In this document: positions 37,975 to 48,845 of the stretch, piece by piece
Layout of the letters: every line of letters starts with the position of its first letter
Position numbering within the stretch: the stretch's first letter is position 1
Sequence record: PV654397.1
DNA: 64,000 nucleotides
Strand: one strand, 5' to 3'
Translations under genes and position numbers: made by a program
Notes under the pieces: generated by a model
What the model was told of the DNA's origin: nothing
The model's input: only the letters and a program-made list of their open reading frames with translations
Database searches by the model: none

Positions 37975-40900
37975 ATGTACTCGATTAAAACAGATCTCGA
38001 TATAACTGGTGGTGCAACGGTTGGTAAAGATCTTCTTGTGAAAGGCGATGCAGTATTCAATAAAAATCTAACAGTTAATGGAACTGTAACTTTTGCTGAC
38101 GCTGTATTCACTGCAATTGAAGCAGGAACTGTAGACATTTCATCTACACTAGATGTTGCTGGTAAAGCATCATTGAATGGTGGAATTGAAGTTCATGGTA
38201 ATTCCGTAATTGGTAATTTGCCTGTTGGTTCTGATACTGCAACAATTAATTCTAATGCACAATTCCAAAGCCCAGTATCAATGGCAGGTAACCTAACACA
38301 AACCGCTGGCACTGCTGTACTAAAAGATACCCAAGTGGCATCAATGGATGTTCTTGGAACTTCTTCATTTAAAGGTAACATTACTGCTGAAACTGGCACT
38401 ACCGCAGCATTTGACAAAATAACTGCAACTGATGCAACATTCACAAACACTGCAACTACTGATATTACATCAACTGGAACTGCAAACTTTAAAGATGTGA
38501 ATATTTCCGGTACACTAGGTGGAACATTTAGTCTATCTGATGTTAATGCAACAACTCTAACTGTTTCTGGTTTAACCAGTCTACAAGGTGGTGTTACATT
38601 AGGTTCCAACATTACTGGTGTGAATAGTAGTGCAAACTTCCGTGATATTAAAATTGGTTCCAATGCTGCAAACACTAACTACCGTTTGAGCTTTAACTAT
38701 TCTGCTCCAAGTCTTCGTCCAACTGTAATTCTACAGAACGAAATCCAATCAGAATTGATGTCTCCAGCTACCCTAAGTGTATTGAAAACTGCATCTTTTG
38801 GTGATTCGTCATTATCCACTTTTGGTATTACTGGTAATGGTCTAAACAAACTAGATTACCTAACAGTATCTGGTAACTCTGTTCAAGATCCAACAACTCC
38901 ACTATTACAAGTAACTTCAGGTAAAACTAAAGTTCATGATTTCGAAGTAACAGGAACTGCAACTATTCCTAACATTGAAAGTACTGGTACTGCTAATTTT
39001 AATAACATCAACGTATCTGGTACACTCGGTGGTACTTTCAGTCTTGATGATATTGAAGCAAACACACTAACTGTATCCGGTTTAACTAGCCTTGTTGGTG
39101 GTGTAACTTTAGGTGCTGATATTTCCGGTGCTAATAGTACTGCTAATTTTAAAGCAGTAAGTTTAGGACAAAACGCCGCCGATGCTAACGTTAAGTATGG
39201 TTTTGCTTATTCTGCCCCTGGTGCTCGTCCAACTGTAATTCTACAAAATGAAATTCAGTCTGAGCTAGTATCTCCAGCAGTACTTAATGTACAAAAAACT
39301 GCAACCTTTGGTGATGCATCTCTTGCAACCTATGGTATCACAGGTAACGGTCTAAACAAACTAGATTATCTATCTATTACTGGTAATGGTACACAAAGTC
39401 CAGCTACACCACAACTACAAGTTGCTGGTAAATCAGTACTAAATGATGTTGAATTCACTGGTACTGTAACTGGTCTAACTGTTGATGTGAGTGGACAAGA
39501 TCTAACTCCTAAATCAGTAGATGCTGCTGAAGCAATCAAAGGTCAAACCCTTGAATCAGTTGGTCAAACCACAGTAGGAACTAACCTACAAGTTGGTGGA
39601 ACTGCTAATGTTGTTGGTGCACTAACTGGTACTGCTGCTACCTTCACTGGTGATGTAAGTGCTGCTAAAGGTACTTTCAGTGGTGATGTTAGCGTTACTG
39701 GTCAAACTGTAACTGTACGTGATTTAGTAGTAACTGGTACAACTACTGGTGTAACTGCTCAAGCTGATGTTGATGGTCTTGATATCGCCCCAAATAAAGT
39801 TGATGTTACAACAACACTATCTGTTGCTGGGGACACTACTTTAGCTGGCCTAACTGCTAGTTCAGTAACCAGTACTGGTGATGTTACTGGTGCGTCTGTA
39901 TCTGGTAATACAGTAACTGCGGCTGGTGCACTATCTGGTGGTTCTCTTGCAGTAACTGGTGCTGGTTCTATGGCTTCACTAACTGTTCCAAGTATTACTG
40001 GTGACACTACTTTTGCTAATAACGTAACTATTACTGGAACACTAACTCCGAGTAGTATAGATTTAAGCACTACTGATGTAAGTGCTGCTTCTTTAACAAC
40101 TACTGGTAACGTAACTGTTGGTGGTTCTCTTGCAGTAACTGGTGCTATTGATTTGTCTGCTGCTGATGTAGTAACAAAATCAGTTAGTGCAACTAACCCA
40201 AGTACATTTGGTGTAATTAATGCATCTTCTGTTGCCGCAACTGGTGACGTTTCAGGTGGCACACTAACTACTACTGGTGCAGCGAAAGTAGGAACACTAA
40301 CTAGTACTGGTGTAGTATCTGGTTCGCGTTTGTCTTCTGGTACTGCAACAATCACAACTTCTGTAACAGTTCCGACTTTACAAGCTGAAGCTGCTGGTGC
40401 TGGTACACTAAATCTAGCAAGTAATGTTGTCGCGGCAAAAGATCTAACTGTCACTGGTGTATTCAAACCTGAAGGTGGTCTTGATCTAACAACTGTTGAT
40501 ATTACTGCAAACTCACTAACTACTACTGCTGATGTTAATGTTGGTGGAAACTTAGTAGTTGATGGTACTTTTGACCTAAGTGCTGCTGATGTGTCTGTGA
40601 AATCTCTTGCAAGTGCAGAGACAATTACAAGTGCTGGTGTTATTACCGTTACCGATTCAACCAATACTAGTTCGTTACCTAAAATTACTTCAACTGATGC
40701 AACACTCTTTACAGTAAATGCAGGTACTATTAATGCAACTGGCAACAGTGTACTACAAAGTGTATCAGCTACTCAAGTAACTGCTACTAGTGCTGAATTT
40801 TCTGGTGGTGGCCTTGGTCTTCAAGTTGATAATGATGCAAACGTTGGTGGTGCATTATCTGTTGGTGGCATTGCAACTGTTGGTTCTTTAACAACAACTG

Positions 40901-42909
40901 CTGCTTCTCTTAATATTGCAAAAAATACTGCAATCACTGGTGATTTAGCTGTATCTGGTACACTAACTGCTGGTTCAATCGACCTAAGCAATACTGATGT
41001 AACCGTTAAATCTCTTGATTCACTAGGTAACGCACACATTGCTGGTAACCTAACTGTTGATGGTGCATTCGACTTAAGTGCAACTAACCTTGTAGCTGCA
41101 AGTCTAGCAAGTACTGGTTCTACTACTGTTGGAACTGATCTAGTACTAACAACTGGTGTTGTGACTGGTAGCCCAGCTATCTCTGGTAATACAACAATCG
41201 GTGGAACTCTTGGTGTAACTGGTGCTGTTAACCTAACTGATATTGTTAATATCGGTAAGAAAGTAACAGTGAGTACTGGTGGTATTCAGGTAGTTGATGG
41301 TGGTATCAATACTAACACAATTAACGTTTCTGGTGCTTCTACTCTAGCAGGAACTTCCATTACTGGAACTTTAGGTGTAACTGGTGCTTCTACTCTAGCA
41401 GGTGTATCTGCGACATCACTAACAGTTTCTGGTGACAGTACTGTTCAGAAACTAACTGTCCAAGGTGAATTGATCCCACAAGGTGGTCTTGACCTAAGCG
41501 GTGCAGACATTACTGCTAATAGTCTAACTACTGCAACAACTATCAATGCAACTGGCCTAAGTACTCTAAGTGGTGGTGTTAGTACTTCTACTGTGACTGC
41601 ATCTGGTCTAGCAACTGTTGGAAGTTTAACTTCTACTGCAAACGCATCAGTTGGTGGTAATTTGGGTGTAACTGGAACTCTAGATGTTACTGGTGCTACT
41701 ACTGTATCTTCACTAACAGCTACTGGTGCAGTGAAAACTGGCACAACCCTAACTGTTGGTACTCCAGTTGGTGAACAACCTGAAACTGTACAGATCATTC
41801 CAGATACTTATATTGCTGGTAAATTGCGTGTAATCGGCGGTATTAACGCTGAAATCGACGTAAGTGGTCAAACACTAGAACCATATGCAATTGAAGCTGC
41901 TGCAACACTATCTGCTGTTGGTAACATTACTTCTGGTGCAACCATCGTTTCTAAAGCTGCAACAATTGGTGATGTTGGTTCACAAAACAACAACCTAACT
42001 GTTAATGGTAACGTAGTAACTAATGGTGACTTCACCGTTACTGGTGTACTAAATGCACAATTGAACCAAGCAGATTCCGATGTAGCTGTTAAATCTTTAA
42101 CTGCAACTAATAACGTTGTGGCTGGTACTTCAATCACTGCTGGTACTTCCATCACTGCAACTGGATTACTAAAAGGTAATTCGTTAGAAGTCACCACTAC
42201 TGGTTCATTTGGTGGTGCAGTAACTATGTCAAGTGGTGCAAACATCACTGGTACTGTTGGTATCACTGCTGGTGACCTAACAGTAGGTGGTAATATCTCT
42301 GCAACTGGGACTGCTGGATTCGGTGCAACAACCGTTTCTACAATTACAACATCAGGTTTAGCTACACTTGCAAGTGCATCTGTAACTGGTGCTCTAACTG
42401 TAGGTGGTACATTAACTGCAAATGGTAACACTGTGATTGGTGATGCTGCTGCTGATACTTTAACTGTAAATGCAACATCTACATTTAAAGAGAACGCAAC
42501 ATTTGATAAGAACCTAACAGTGACTGGTTCTATTAACACCACCACTGCAAACTTCACTACAAACAACATGGTAACTAAGAAATATTCTGTTATCCCTGCT
42601 AGTGTTACTGCTTCTACTGCTGCTGTAGGTGGTACTTGGACACCAGATGGTACTACTAACGTATATCGCTTAACTCTTGACCAAAGTGTTACAATGGATT
42701 CCATCGCGGGTCTAATTGGTAGTGGTCAAGCATGTTCAGTGTATATCTATGTAACTCCATCTGTTGCTGATACTACTTTCACCTTCGGTGGTGCATACTC
42801 TGTAGTTTCTGGTACAGTAAGTGCTGTAGTTGGTCAAACAAGTATTATCCAAGTAATCTATGATGGTTTCAGTACTGTGTTTGATACCTTCGTTGCACAA
42901 CGTGTATAA
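37975..42909 (+). CDS. Giant repetitive fibre protein A (1644 aa)
   Basis: T/G/V/S/A-rich short beta repeats; two copies of a GITGNGLNKLDY domain; followed by its paralog and a DUF4376-like chaperone. Confidence 0.7.
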   Translation: MYSIKTDLDITGGATVGKDLLVKGDAVFNKNLTVNGTVTFADAVFTAIEAGTVDISSTLDVAGKASLNGGIEVHGNSVIGNLPVGSDTATINSNAQFQSPVSMAGNLTQTAGTAVLKDTQVASMDVLGTSSFKGNITAETGTTAAFDKITATDATFTNTATTDITSTGTANFKDVNISGTLGGTFSLSDVNATTLTVSGLTSLQGGVTLGSNITGVNSSANFRDIKIGSNAANTNYRLSFNYSAPSLRPTVILQNEIQSELMSPATLSVLKTASFGDSSLSTFGITGNGLNKLDYLTVSGNSVQDPTTPLLQVTSGKTKVHDFEVTGTATIPNIESTGTANFNNINVSGTLGGTFSLDDIEANTLTVSGLTSLVGGVTLGADISGANSTANFKAVSLGQNAADANVKYGFAYSAPGARPTVILQNEIQSELVSPAVLNVQKTATFGDASLATYGITGNGLNKLDYLSITGNGTQSPATPQLQVAGKSVLNDVEFTGTVTGLTVDVSGQDLTPKSVDAAEAIKGQTLESVGQTTVGTNLQVGGTANVVGALTGTAATFTGDVSAAKGTFSGDVSVTGQTVTVRDLVVTGTTTGVTAQADVDGLDIAPNKVDVTTTLSVAGDTTLAGLTASSVTSTGDVTGASVSGNTVTAAGALSGGSLAVTGAGSMASLTVPSITGDTTFANNVTITGTLTPSSIDLSTTDVSAASLTTTGNVTVGGSLAVTGAIDLSAADVVTKSVSATNPSTFGVINASSVAATGDVSGGTLTTTGAAKVGTLTSTGVVSGSRLSSGTATITTSVTVPTLQAEAAGAGTLNLASNVVAAKDLTVTGVFKPEGGLDLTTVDITANSLTTTADVNVGGNLVVDGTFDLSAADVSVKSLASAETITSAGVITVTDSTNTSSLPKITSTDATLFTVNAGTINATGNSVLQSVSATQVTATSAEFSGGGLGLQVDNDANVGGALSVGGIATVGSLTTTAASLNIAKNTAITGDLAVSGTLTAGSIDLSNTDVTVKSLDSLGNAHIAGNLTVDGAFDLSATNLVAASLASTGSTTVGTDLVLTTGVVTGSPAISGNTTIGGTLGVTGAVNLTDIVNIGKKVTVSTGGIQVVDGGINTNTINVSGASTLAGTSITGTLGVTGASTLAGVSATSLTVSGDSTVQKLTVQGELIPQGGLDLSGADITANSLTTATTINATGLSTLSGGVSTSTVTASGLATVGSLTSTANASVGGNLGVTGTLDVTGATTVSSLTATGAVKTGTTLTVGTPVGEQPETVQIIPDTYIAGKLRVIGGINAEIDVSGQTLEPYAIEAAATLSAVGNITSGATIVSKAATIGDVGSQNNNLTVNGNVVTNGDFTVTGVLNAQLNQADSDVAVKSLTATNNVVAGTSITAGTSITATGLLKGNSLEVTTTGSFGGAVTMSSGANITGTVGITAGDLTVGGNISATGTAGFGATTVSTITTSGLATLASASVTGALTVGGTLTANGNTVIGDAAADTLTVNATSTFKENATFDKNLTVTGSINTTTANFTTNNMVTKKYSVIPASVTASTAAVGGTWTPDGTTNVYRLTLDQSVTMDSIAGLIGSGQACSVYIYVTPSVADTTFTFGGAYSVVSGTVSAVVGQTSIIQVIYDGFSTVFDTFVAQRV

Positions 42910-42927
42910 CATTTTAAATTAATAATT

Positions 42928-42958
42928 AAAGCCAACTAAAATAGTTGGCTTTTTCTTT
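42928..42958 (+). terminator. Intrinsic terminator
   Basis: AAAGCCAACTA-AAA-TAGTTGGCTTT then TCTTTT. Confidence 0.8.
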
Positions 42959-42988
42959 TGTATTAGATAATAGTGTTTTTGTGAATTA

Positions 42989-43012
42989 AACTAAATATAA
43001 GTATATTAACAA
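42989..43012 (+). promoter_or_regulatory. Late promoter element (second copy)
   Basis: AACTAAATATAAGTATATTAACAA. Confidence 0.65.
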
Positions 43013-43058
43013 AAGATGGGTTATGAATATATAGTTCATCGTTATAGGAGGGGACTCT

Positions 43059-46000
43059 ATGTACTCGATTAAAACGGATCTTGATGTATCTGGTAATTCC
43101 ACGGTAGGTAAGGATCTTTTGGTCAAAGGTAATGCAGTATTCAGTAATGACCTAACGGTTAATGGGGAAGTGTCTTTTGCTAACGCAGTATTCACTGCAA
43201 TTACCGCTGGTTCTGTGAATGTCACAGGTGCATTGGATGTTGCTGGTAAGGCAACCTTATCCGGTGGTGCTGATGTTTCAGGTGCTGCGACATTTGCAGG
43301 AAACATTACTGCTGCTGACGGCACAACTGCAAAATTTGATAACTTAGAAGCTAATTCAGGATCATTTAATTCTGTTGAATCAACTGATATTACTTCAACT
43401 GGCACAGCAACTTTTAAAGATGTAAACATTTCTGGTACACTTGGTGGTACTTTTAATCTTTCTGATATTAATGCTACAACACTTAATGTGTCTGGTGCTT
43501 CAGCACTAACTGGTTCAGTCACATTGGGTGCAAATATCACTGGTCTTGCAAGTACTGCAAACTTCCGTGATATTCGTATCGGGCCTAATGAAGCAGGTCA
43601 AGCATATAGACTAAACTTTGGTTACACCGTTCCAGGACAACGACCAACCGTTCTTCTACAGAACGAAGTTCAATCCGAACTAATGTCACCAGCTAAGTTG
43701 AATGTTCTACAAACTGCAACATTTGGTGATTCTTCACTTTCAACTTACGGTATTACAGGTAATGGTTTAAACAAATTAGATTATGTAACTATTTCTGGTA
43801 ACGCAATTCAATCACCAACCACTCCTTTACTTGAAGTAACTAAAGGTAAAACTAAAGTTGTTGATTTAGAAGTAACTGGTGTAGCAACTATTCCTAATAT
43901 CGAAAGTTCTGGTACTGCAAACTTTAACAACATCAACGTATCTGGTACTATTGGTGGTAGTTTTGATTTAGATGATATCCAAGCAACAACATTATCAGTA
44001 TCCGGTGCTTCAGCACTAACTGGTGCAGTTACATTGGGTGCAAACATCACTGGTCTAGCAAGTACTGCAACATTCAAAGCAATCAATTTGGGTCAAAATA
44101 CCGCTGATGCTAACGTTAAGCTAGGTTTTGCATATACTGCACCTAGTGCACGTCCAACAGTCTTGTTAGCAAACGAAGTTCAATCTGAACTAATGTCTCC
44201 TGCTAAGTTGAACGTTCTACAAACTGCAACCTTCGGTTCTGCTGCACTATCTACCTATGGTATTACTGGTAATGGTCTAAACAAATTAGATTATCTAACA
44301 ATTACTGGTAACGCAACACAAAACCCTGCTACTCCACAACTTCAAGTTGGTGGTAAAGCAATTCTTAATGATGTTGAATTTACAGGTACTGTAACTGGCC
44401 TAACTGTTGATGTGAGTGGACAAGATCTAACTCCTAAATCAGTAGTTGCTGCTGAAGTAATCAAAGGCCAAACTCTTGAATCAGTTGGTCAAACAACTGT
44501 AGGTTCATCTCTACAAGTTGGTGGTGCTGCAACTGTTACTGGTGCATTATCTGCTGCCTCTGGTACTTTCAGTGGTGATGTTAGTGGTTCTAAAGGTATC
44601 TTCAGTGATAGCGTATCCGGTACAAGTGCAACCTTTACTGGGGATGTTAGCGGTGATAACGCAACCTTTAGTGGCGATTTATCTGCTGTAGCTGGCACTT
44701 TCAGTGGTGATGTAACCGTAACTGGTCAAACAATCACGGTTAAAGACTTGGTAGTAACTGGAACTTCAACTGGTGTAACTGCAATCGCTGACGTTGACGG
44801 TCTTGATATTGCTCCAAACAAAGTTGATGTTACAACAACTCTATCTGTTGCTGGTGAATCAACTCTTGCTGGTGTTACAGCAACTTCAATCAATAGTACT
44901 GGTGCAATTGCAGGTACTGCAATTTCTGGCTCTACTATTACAGCAACTGGTGAAATTTCTGGTGCATCATCTGTAGTAACTGGTCTTTCTAAATCTGGTA
45001 GCGTTGAAACTGGTGCTCTAAAGGCATCTTCTGTTGAAACTGCAATCATTAGCAACACTGCTGGTGTGTCAATAACAAACAACACTTCAATTGCAGGTAA
45101 TCTATCTGTAACTGGAACTGTTACCCCTGGTGCAATTGACCTAAGTACTACTGATATTGATGCTAAGTCTCTAACAACTACTGAAGGTGCTAACATTGGT
45201 GGTGACCTAGTTGTTGCAGGTACAGTTGATCTAAGTGCTGCTGACGTTGCTGTTAAATCTCTAACCAGTACTGGTGCAGTTATTAGTTCTGAAGGTACAG
45301 TAAGTAGTGTTCTACCTAAACTTTCCAGTACTGAAGCTAATATTACCACAGTGACTGCAACCACTGCAAATGCAACCACACTAAATGTAACTGGTACATC
45401 AACTCTAGCTGGTGTTAACGCTTCTGGTGCTATTACTTCTGCAACTAACATTACCGCTACTGGTGTATTAAAAGGTGCATCTGTTGAAACTGCGTCAATC
45501 AGCAATGCTGATGGTGTAGCAATTAACAATAACACTACAATCACTGGTAATTTGGACGTATCTGGGACATTGACCCCTGGTGCAATTGACCTAAGTACTA
45601 CTGATATTAGTTCTAAGTCTCTAACCACAACTGAAGGTGCTACAATTGGTGGCGATCTTGTGGTAGCAGGTACTGTTGACCTAAGTGCTGCTGATGTGTC
45701 TGTGAAATCTCTTGCAAGTGCAGAGACAATTACAAGTGCTGGTGTTATTACAGTTTCGGATACAGTGAATTCTAGCACTCTACCAAAACTAATTACTACT
45801 GATGCAACTATTGGTGCTGTCCATGCAGCTACTATTGAAACAACTGGTTCAAGTACACTAAAACAAGTATCTGCTACTGAAGTAACAGCTACAAGTATTG
45901 TACTAAATTCAGTTGGTGAAGGTTTACGTGTTGACAATAATGCAAACATTAATGGTATATTAAGTGTTAATAATATTACTTCTACCAATGATACTATTGC

Positions 46001-48779
46001 AATTGCGAAAAGTGCTGCTATTACTGGTGATCTGACCGTATCTGGGACATTGACCCCTGGTGCAATTGACCTAAGTACTACCGATATTAGTTCTAAATCC
46101 CTAAGTACTACTGAAGGTGCTACAATTGGTGGTGACCTAGTTGTTAATGGTTCAATTGATTTAAGTTCTTCCAATGTTTCAGCAATTACCCTTGCTAGTT
46201 CTGGTAATACTACCGTTGGTGGTAACCTAGTACTAACAACTGGTGTTGTAACTGGCAGCCCATCTGTATCTGGTAACCTTTCAGTTGCAGGTACTGCGGC
46301 AGTAACTGGTGCAACTACCCTAACTGATATCGTAAATATCGGTAAGAAAGTAACTGTAAGCACTGGTGGTATTCAAGTAGTTGCAGGTGGTATTAATACC
46401 GACGCTATATTAGTATCCGGTGATACAACTTTAAACAACACTACTGTAAACACTACCTTAAATGTAACTGGTCAAAGTACAGTAGCTGCACTAAGTGCTG
46501 CATCTTTGAATGTATCTGGTGATAGTACTGTTCAAAAACTAACAGTTGAAGGTGAATTGGTTCCACAAGGTGGTATCGACCTAACTGGTGCAGATATTTC
46601 TGCTAATAGTCTTGCAACTGCTTCAACAATCACTGCAACTGGACTAAGCACACTAAGTGGTGGTGTAAGTACTACTAATGTTACTGCATCTGGTACAGTG
46701 AATGCTGGTAGTTTGGATGTTACTAACAACGCAACCGTTGGTGGTAATTTGGGTGTAACTGGTTCATTAACTTCTGGACCATTGAGTGTAACAGGTATTG
46801 CGAATATTACTGGTGTAACAACTGTTGGTTCATTGGTTTCCGGTGCTGTATCTGGTAGTACTGGTACATTTAGTTCAACATTAGGTGTAACTGGTGCAGC
46901 TACATTTGACAATGACGTAACTGTTGAAGGTGTATTCACCCCAGCAGGTGGTTTAGACCTAACAACTTCTGATATTACAGCTAAGAGTTTGTCAGTATCT
47001 GAAACTATTCACTCTGATGGTGCAGCTTCCTTTGGTGGTAACACAACAGTAGGTGGTACATTGGGTGTAACTGGTGCAGTAACTGCTCCATCGGCAACCC
47101 TAAGCGGTACTGGTACTGCACTAGCAGTAACTAATAATGCAACTATTGGTGGTACATTGGGTGTAACTGGTCAAGCATCACTTGGTTCTATAGTAACTTC
47201 TGGTGTATCTGCAACAAGTGGCTCTTTCAGTACTACTCTTGGCGTTACTGGTGCTGCGACATTTGGAAACGATGTAACTGTAGTTGGAACACTAACTCCT
47301 GGTAGCTTAGATCTAACTGGTGCAGATATCTCTGCTAAAACACTAACTCTATCTGAAACATTAAATGCGACAGGTAATACTACCCTTGGTGGAACATTAG
47401 GTGTAACTGGTTTAGCAACAATTGGTGGAACACTAACGTCTGGTGCAGTAACTGCTCCATCTGCAACCTTGAATGGTTCAGGAACTGGTCTAGCAGTAAC
47501 TAACAACGCAACCGTTGGTGGTACATTAGGTGTAGTTGGTCAAACAACACTAGGTTCTGTTAAAACTGGTGCAACTCTAACAGTTGGTACACCATTAGGT
47601 GAGCAGCCTGAAACTGTACAGATTATGCCAGACACTTATATTGCTGGTAAACTACGTGTTGAGGGTGGTATTAACGCAGATATCGATGTTGGTGGACAAA
47701 CACTAGAACCGTTTGCAGTAATAGCATCTGATTCTTTATCTTCTGCTGGTAATATTACTGCTGGTGCAGCAATTATTTCAAGTTCTGCAACAATTGGTGA
47801 AGTCGGTTCACAAAACAACAACCTAATCGTTAATGGTAACGTTGTAAACAACGGTAACTTCACTGTTACTGGCGTACTAAATGCACAATTGAACCAAGCA
47901 GATTCCGATGTAGCTGTTAAGTCTTTGACTGCAACTAACAACGTAGCTGCTGGAACCACATTAAGTGCAGGTACTGCAATTACTGCTGGTACTTCCATCA
48001 CTGCAACTGGATTACTTAAAGGTAATACTTTAGAAGTTACTACTACTGGTTCATTTGGTGGTGCAGTAACTATGTCAAGTGGTGCAAACATCACTGGTAC
48101 AGTAGGTATTACTGCTGGTAACCTAACAGTGGGTGGTGATATCTCTGCAACTGGCACTGCTGGATTCGGTGCAACAACCGTTTCTACAATTACAACATCA
48201 GGTTTGGCTACACTTGCAAGTACATCCGTTACTGGTAACGCAACAGTAGGTGGAACACTAGCAGTAACAGGAGCACTAACTGCGAATGGTAACGTAACAT
48301 TAGGTGACGCAGCGGCTGACGTTCTAACCGTTAATGCAACTTCATCATTTAAAGAAAATGCTGTGTTTGATAAGGCAGTAACAGTAACTGGTGAACTAAC
48401 CACTACTAATGCTAACTTAACTACTACAACAGTAACTACCAAAAAGTATGATGTAATCCCAACTCAAGTTACATCATCAGTAATTGCTCCAACCGGAACA
48501 TGGACTCCAGATGGTACAAGTAACGTGTACTTCATCACTCTAGACCAAGATACCACGTTGGCTCCAATTACTGGCCTAATTGGTGGCGGTAAAGCTGCAT
48601 CAGTATACATCTATGTTAAACAAGATACAACTGGTAACAGAAACTTTACAACTGATGGTACTTATGCTGTTGTTGATGGTGAACTAAACAAAACTGCTGG
48701 TAGCGTGACCATTTACCAAGTAATTTATGATGGTGTAAGTCCAGTTACTGATTTGTTCATTGCACAACGTACTGCTTAA
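43059..48779 (+). CDS. Giant repetitive fibre protein B (1906 aa), paralog of fibre A
   Basis: Same N-terminus MYSIKTDLD, same duplicated domain, same C-terminal TWTPDGT.NVY..TLDQ domain, extra internal modules. Confidence 0.7.
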   Translation: MYSIKTDLDVSGNSTVGKDLLVKGNAVFSNDLTVNGEVSFANAVFTAITAGSVNVTGALDVAGKATLSGGADVSGAATFAGNITAADGTTAKFDNLEANSGSFNSVESTDITSTGTATFKDVNISGTLGGTFNLSDINATTLNVSGASALTGSVTLGANITGLASTANFRDIRIGPNEAGQAYRLNFGYTVPGQRPTVLLQNEVQSELMSPAKLNVLQTATFGDSSLSTYGITGNGLNKLDYVTISGNAIQSPTTPLLEVTKGKTKVVDLEVTGVATIPNIESSGTANFNNINVSGTIGGSFDLDDIQATTLSVSGASALTGAVTLGANITGLASTATFKAINLGQNTADANVKLGFAYTAPSARPTVLLANEVQSELMSPAKLNVLQTATFGSAALSTYGITGNGLNKLDYLTITGNATQNPATPQLQVGGKAILNDVEFTGTVTGLTVDVSGQDLTPKSVVAAEVIKGQTLESVGQTTVGSSLQVGGAATVTGALSAASGTFSGDVSGSKGIFSDSVSGTSATFTGDVSGDNATFSGDLSAVAGTFSGDVTVTGQTITVKDLVVTGTSTGVTAIADVDGLDIAPNKVDVTTTLSVAGESTLAGVTATSINSTGAIAGTAISGSTITATGEISGASSVVTGLSKSGSVETGALKASSVETAIISNTAGVSITNNTSIAGNLSVTGTVTPGAIDLSTTDIDAKSLTTTEGANIGGDLVVAGTVDLSAADVAVKSLTSTGAVISSEGTVSSVLPKLSSTEANITTVTATTANATTLNVTGTSTLAGVNASGAITSATNITATGVLKGASVETASISNADGVAINNNTTITGNLDVSGTLTPGAIDLSTTDISSKSLTTTEGATIGGDLVVAGTVDLSAADVSVKSLASAETITSAGVITVSDTVNSSTLPKLITTDATIGAVHAATIETTGSSTLKQVSATEVTATSIVLNSVGEGLRVDNNANINGILSVNNITSTNDTIAIAKSAAITGDLTVSGTLTPGAIDLSTTDISSKSLSTTEGATIGGDLVVNGSIDLSSSNVSAITLASSGNTTVGGNLVLTTGVVTGSPSVSGNLSVAGTAAVTGATTLTDIVNIGKKVTVSTGGIQVVAGGINTDAILVSGDTTLNNTTVNTTLNVTGQSTVAALSAASLNVSGDSTVQKLTVEGELVPQGGIDLTGADISANSLATASTITATGLSTLSGGVSTTNVTASGTVNAGSLDVTNNATVGGNLGVTGSLTSGPLSVTGIANITGVTTVGSLVSGAVSGSTGTFSSTLGVTGAATFDNDVTVEGVFTPAGGLDLTTSDITAKSLSVSETIHSDGAASFGGNTTVGGTLGVTGAVTAPSATLSGTGTALAVTNNATIGGTLGVTGQASLGSIVTSGVSATSGSFSTTLGVTGAATFGNDVTVVGTLTPGSLDLTGADISAKTLTLSETLNATGNTTLGGTLGVTGLATIGGTLTSGAVTAPSATLNGSGTGLAVTNNATVGGTLGVVGQTTLGSVKTGATLTVGTPLGEQPETVQIMPDTYIAGKLRVEGGINADIDVGGQTLEPFAVIASDSLSSAGNITAGAAIISSSATIGEVGSQNNNLIVNGNVVNNGNFTVTGVLNAQLNQADSDVAVKSLTATNNVAAGTTLSAGTAITAGTSITATGLLKGNTLEVTTTGSFGGAVTMSSGANITGTVGITAGNLTVGGDISATGTAGFGATTVSTITTSGLATLASTSVTGNATVGGTLAVTGALTANGNVTLGDAAADVLTVNATSSFKENAVFDKAVTVTGELTTTNANLTTTTVTTKKYDVIPTQVTSSVIAPTGTWTPDGTSNVYFITLDQDTTLAPITGLIGGGKAASVYIYVKQDTTGNRNFTTDGTYAVVDGELNKTAGSVTIYQVIYDGVSPVTDLFIAQRTA
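45121..46150 (+). repeat. Three internal modules in fibre B spaced 450 and 480 bp
   Basis: ACCCCTGGTGCAATTGACCTAAGTACTAC recurs near 45123, 45573 and 46053; 45-bp exact repeat at 45557-45601 and 46037-46081. Confidence 0.85.
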
Positions 48780-48845
48780 TAATTATAATAAAAAAAACGG
48801 TGTCATCAATTATGGTGACACCATCTTAACAAGTGAGGTAGTTAT

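Noticed and set aside
38193-48442. Long antisense ORFs (up to 545 aa) opposite the fibre genes
   Set aside because: The 545-aa frame is offset so that a stop needs a Tyr, His or Gln codon in the fibre, and the fibres are poor in these residues. No SD or promoter support; compositional shadows.
37975-48779. Diversity-generating retroelement or shufflon acting on the fibres
   Set aside because: No reverse transcriptase or invertase in the window, no template/variable repeat pair with A-specific changes, and no inverted recombination sites
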